Virus record (IMG/VR): IMGVR_UViG_3300006129_000002
Span: 1-48,070 of that record
Length of the DNA: 48,070 bases
Source: a virus
Lineage: Duplodnaviria > Caudoviricetes
Strand: one strand, 5' to 3'
In this document: positions 45,717 to 48,070 of the stretch, piece after piece
How positions within the stretch are numbered: position 1 is the first letter of the stretch
How the letters are laid out: each line of letters opens with the position of its first letter
The notes under the pieces: model-generated
What the model was told of the DNA's origin: nothing
The model's database searches: none
What the model saw: the letters and a program-made list of their open reading frames with translations, nothing else
Position numbers and translations under genes: made by a program

Positions 45717-46207
45717 GTGGCGACGCGCTCGCTAAGGCGCTGGCGGAGCTCGGGGCTCGCCTGGCGCAACCGGGTGAACTTCGCGTCGGCTTTCTGGAAG
45801 ACGCCACCTACCCGGACGGGACAAGCGTCGCCATGGTGGCCGCCGTCCAGAACTTCGGTGCGCCGGCACGCGGCATTCCGCCACGCCCATTCTTTTCGAA
45901 CATGGTGGCCGCCAAATCGCCGAAGTGGGGCGATAGCCTGGCGAACATTTTGAAGCTTCAGGATTACAACATCGGCAAGAGCTTGGAGCTCATGGGCGAA
46001 GGCATCGCCGGCCAGCTTCGGCAATCGATCCGCGACACCAACGCGCCGCCCCTGTCGCCTATCACCATCGAGCGCAAAGGGTTCGAAAAGCCGCTGATCG
46101 ACACCGCCGTTATGTGGAACAGCATTTCCTATGAGGTCACGACCGGAGGCGCTATAGTGGCCAAGGGCGGCAAGACCGCCAACGCCCCGGCGGAGGTGGT
46201 CGGATGA
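45695..46207 (+). CDS. Neck/tail-completion protein
   Basis: LRVGFLEDATYPDG, IPPRPFF, PPLSPITIERKGFEKPLIDT. Confidence 0.78.
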   Translation: MSAATLVGGDALAKALAELGARLAQPGELRVGFLEDATYPDGTSVAMVAAVQNFGAPARGIPPRPFFSNMVAAKSPKWGDSLANILKLQDYNIGKSLELMGEGIAGQLRQSIRDTNAPPLSPITIERKGFEKPLIDTAVMWNSISYEVTTGGAIVAKGGKTANAPAEVVG

Positions 46208-46614
46208 ACCTAAGCGCCATCGTCGGCCCCCTGATGGACCCCATCAACGCGCCCTTCGTCGGTTCGATTGTTTCGAATACGGGCTACGCCACGGACGCCG
46301 CCGGCCACCGCGTCGAGACGACAACCACGACCGCCAGCGTGACTTTCCGGGTGCAAGCTCTGTCGAGCGACGACCTTAAGCAAATGGACAGCCTCAACGT
46401 CCAAGGCATTTCGCGCGCGGTCTACATCAATCAGCGCGTCCAAGGGCTCAACCGGCCGGCCATGAAGGGCGGCGATTGGCTCTTGATCCCGACCGGCCTC
46501 ACGTCGGCCAGCGAGGGCGATACCTGGCTTGTGACGCAAGTTTTGGAGGGGTGGGATTCGTCGGGGTGGTGTAAGGTAGCGGTCACGTTGCAGAATCCGC
46601 CACAAACCCAATGA
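46204..46614 (+). CDS. Head-tail joining (stopper) protein
   Basis: VQALSSDDL...GGD...WLVTQVLEGW...WCKVAVTLQ. Confidence 0.72.
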   Translation: MNLSAIVGPLMDPINAPFVGSIVSNTGYATDAAGHRVETTTTTASVTFRVQALSSDDLKQMDSLNVQGISRAVYINQRVQGLNRPAMKGGDWLLIPTGLTSASEGDTWLVTQVLEGWDSSGWCKVAVTLQNPPQTQ

Positions 46615-46919
46615 ACGCTATGCAAATTTCGCGCAAATTCAGGGAAAGCGACGCCGGCTATCATCATTGGTGTGCCGGATGCAACCGGCTGCACACGTTA
46701 CCCAAAGGGCGGGGCTGGACATATTTCTCGCCGGGTGACGGTATGTCCGCAATACCTAGTTTTCATCTGTCGTGGCAAAATGAACGCGTGTGTCACTATT
46801 TTCTGACGAATGGTCAAATCGATTATCTTGCGGATTGCCATCACGCTTTGCGCGGGCCTCAGCCTGTCCCTGACCTTCCGGAAGACTATCGCGATTTCGA
46901 GCGCGAGGTTCCCGCGTGA
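46611..46919 (+). CDS. Small Cys/His-rich protein (DUF6527-like)
   Basis: HWCAGCNRLH...CHYFLTNGQIDYLADCHHAL. Confidence 0.65.
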   Translation: MNAMQISRKFRESDAGYHHWCAGCNRLHTLPKGRGWTYFSPGDGMSAIPSFHLSWQNERVCHYFLTNGQIDYLADCHHALRGPQPVPDLPEDYRDFEREVPA

Positions 46920-47533
46920 CCAATTTCGTCCCCTCGATCACGCAAGACGATTGCCTCACGGCGCTTCGGGCCTTCCTCCTGGCCGTGCTCCCCTCGGGGA
47001 CCGAAGCTTTCGTCAATCAAGGCAACCGCGTTCCGGAGCCCAAGGCGGCCGACTTTGTCGTCATGACCGAAGCGCGCCGGGACCGTCTCCGCACCACCGT
47101 TGCGGATTGGGACCGGACGCATTCGACCGATACGACGATGACCTATGAGGAAGGCACGCAGTTGACCTTTCAACTCGACGTTCACGGGTCGATGGGGTCG
47201 GACAATTCGCAGATCATTTCGACGCTTTGGCGGTCTTCTTTCGCGACCGAATTCATGCGGTCAAATGGCTATGCCGTTGCGCCGCTTTGGTGCGACGAAG
47301 GCAATCAAATCCCTTTCATCAACGGCGAAAAGCAATGGGAGGACCGATGGATTATGAGCCTCACCATGCAAGCAAATCCTGTTGTATCGACACCACAAGA
47401 TTTTGCGGCTACATTGACCCTCGGATTGATCGAGATTGACTCCACGTATGTGCCTAACCCCCCGGTAGGCAACGGGAAGCTCGACTTTTCCAATGCAGAC
47501 GATAGCGCACTGATCTCCGTCATCTCTTTCTAG
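46916..47533 (+). CDS. Tail terminator/neck protein
   Basis: QGNRVPEP, FQLDVHG, TLWRS, INGEKQWEDRW, QANPVVSTPQDFA. Confidence 0.75.
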   Translation: MTNFVPSITQDDCLTALRAFLLAVLPSGTEAFVNQGNRVPEPKAADFVVMTEARRDRLRTTVADWDRTHSTDTTMTYEEGTQLTFQLDVHGSMGSDNSQIISTLWRSSFATEFMRSNGYAVAPLWCDEGNQIPFINGEKQWEDRWIMSLTMQANPVVSTPQDFAATLTLGLIEIDSTYVPNPPVGNGKLDFSNADDSALISVISF

Positions 47534-47543
47534 GGTTCGCAAA

Positions 47544-48070
47544 ATGCCGTTTCCGACGATTCAGGTCACACAGGGAACCGGCACGACGATCAACACGCTC
47601 CCCCCTGCTGGCCAGAACAGCGCGGCGGAAAGCCTTCCGGTAGTCCTAGCTTCGGATCAAACGCTTCCGCTCCCCTCGGGCGCGGCTACGTCGGCTTTGC
47701 AGACTACGGGCAACAATGCGCTCGCCGTCATCGCCGGGGCCATCACGGGGGGCGTCCTTGCCGTCTCGACTTCCGCCCTCCCGCTTCCCTCGGGCGCGGC
47801 AACGGCGGCTTTGCAAGTCACCGGGAACAATGCGCTAACGACCCTGGCCGGAATTGTGACGGGCGGCGTGGCGGCTGTTTCCGTGGCGACGCTTCCGCTC
47901 CCCTCGGGCGCGGCTACGTCGGCTTTGCAGACCACGGGCAATTCCTATCTTTCGACCTTAGCCGGCGTTGTATCGGGAGGCGCGGCGGCAATCTCCGCAG
48001 CGTCTCTTCCGCTCCCCTCGGGCGCGGCTACGTCGGCTTTGCAGACCACGGGCAATTCCTATCTTTCGAC
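47544..48070 (+). CDS. 5' part of a wrap-around virion fibre/appendage-like protein (continues at 101-1436; ~620 aa in total)
   Basis: ATG 47544 (MPFPTIQVTQGTG...), open to the window end and in frame with ORF 69..1436 after removing the 100-bp overlap. Confidence 0.8.
   Translation, partial: MPFPTIQVTQGTGTTINTLPPAGQNSAAESLPVVLASDQTLPLPSGAATSALQTTGNNALAVIAGAITGGVLAVSTSALPLPSGAATAALQVTGNNALTTLAGIVTGGVAAVSVATLPLPSGAATSALQTTGNSYLSTLAGVVSGGAAAISAASLPLPSGAATSALQTTGNSYLS
47664..48070 (+). repeat. 114-bp (38-aa) coding tandem repeat LPLPSGAATSALQTTGN...; units at 47664, 47778, 47892, 48006 (=36) and a partial at 150
   Basis: Exact 114-bp periodicity is visible in both DNA and protein. Confidence 0.9.
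47971..48070. repeat. Second copy of the terminal 100-bp overlap
   Basis: Exact match to 1-100. Confidence 0.93.

Noticed and set aside
1-48070. Prophage/integration module, tRNA or rRNA genes
   Set aside because: I recognised no integrase, att site, host genes or structured RNA genes by eye. A tRNAscan/Infernal run is needed to exclude small RNAs.

Overview
This window is an apparently complete, circularly permuted ~47,970-bp tailed phage genome. Bases 1-100 are identical to 47971-48070 (assembly overlap). It is a GC-rich myovirus with a Bcep781/OP2-like structural gene set: DUF1073 portal, MuF, DUF2213 protease, DUF2184 capsid, DUF3383 sheath, baseplate J and DUF2612. The host is probably an alphaproteobacterium, inferred from a CtrA-like wHTH and TTGAC/GCTA-type promoters. 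Modules: tail/baseplate (1.5-11.4 kb); leftward replication genes (PolA, C5-methyltransferase, SSB, Cas4-like nuclease); rightward helicase, VRR-NUC, TetR-like regulator and primase-helicase; an iteron-rich origin/pac region; terS; lysis genes; terL; portal; MuF; secreted and repeat proteins; head and neck genes. I found no integrase, tRNA or CRISPR. The top finding is a 313-aa intein in MuF with no recognisable in-frame homing endonuclease; instead an HTH + Vsr/DUF559-like PD-(D/E)xK nuclease gene lies on the opposite strand, nested codon-for-codon inside the intein. Also notable: a two-polypeptide C5-MTase encoded in overlapping frames, a genome-wide 16-bp palindromic operator network, a -1 frameshift in the tail chaperone, and a portal C-terminal passenger domain behind a putative A-x-D cleavage motif. 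All family assignments come from motif recognition and synteny, not from database searches.
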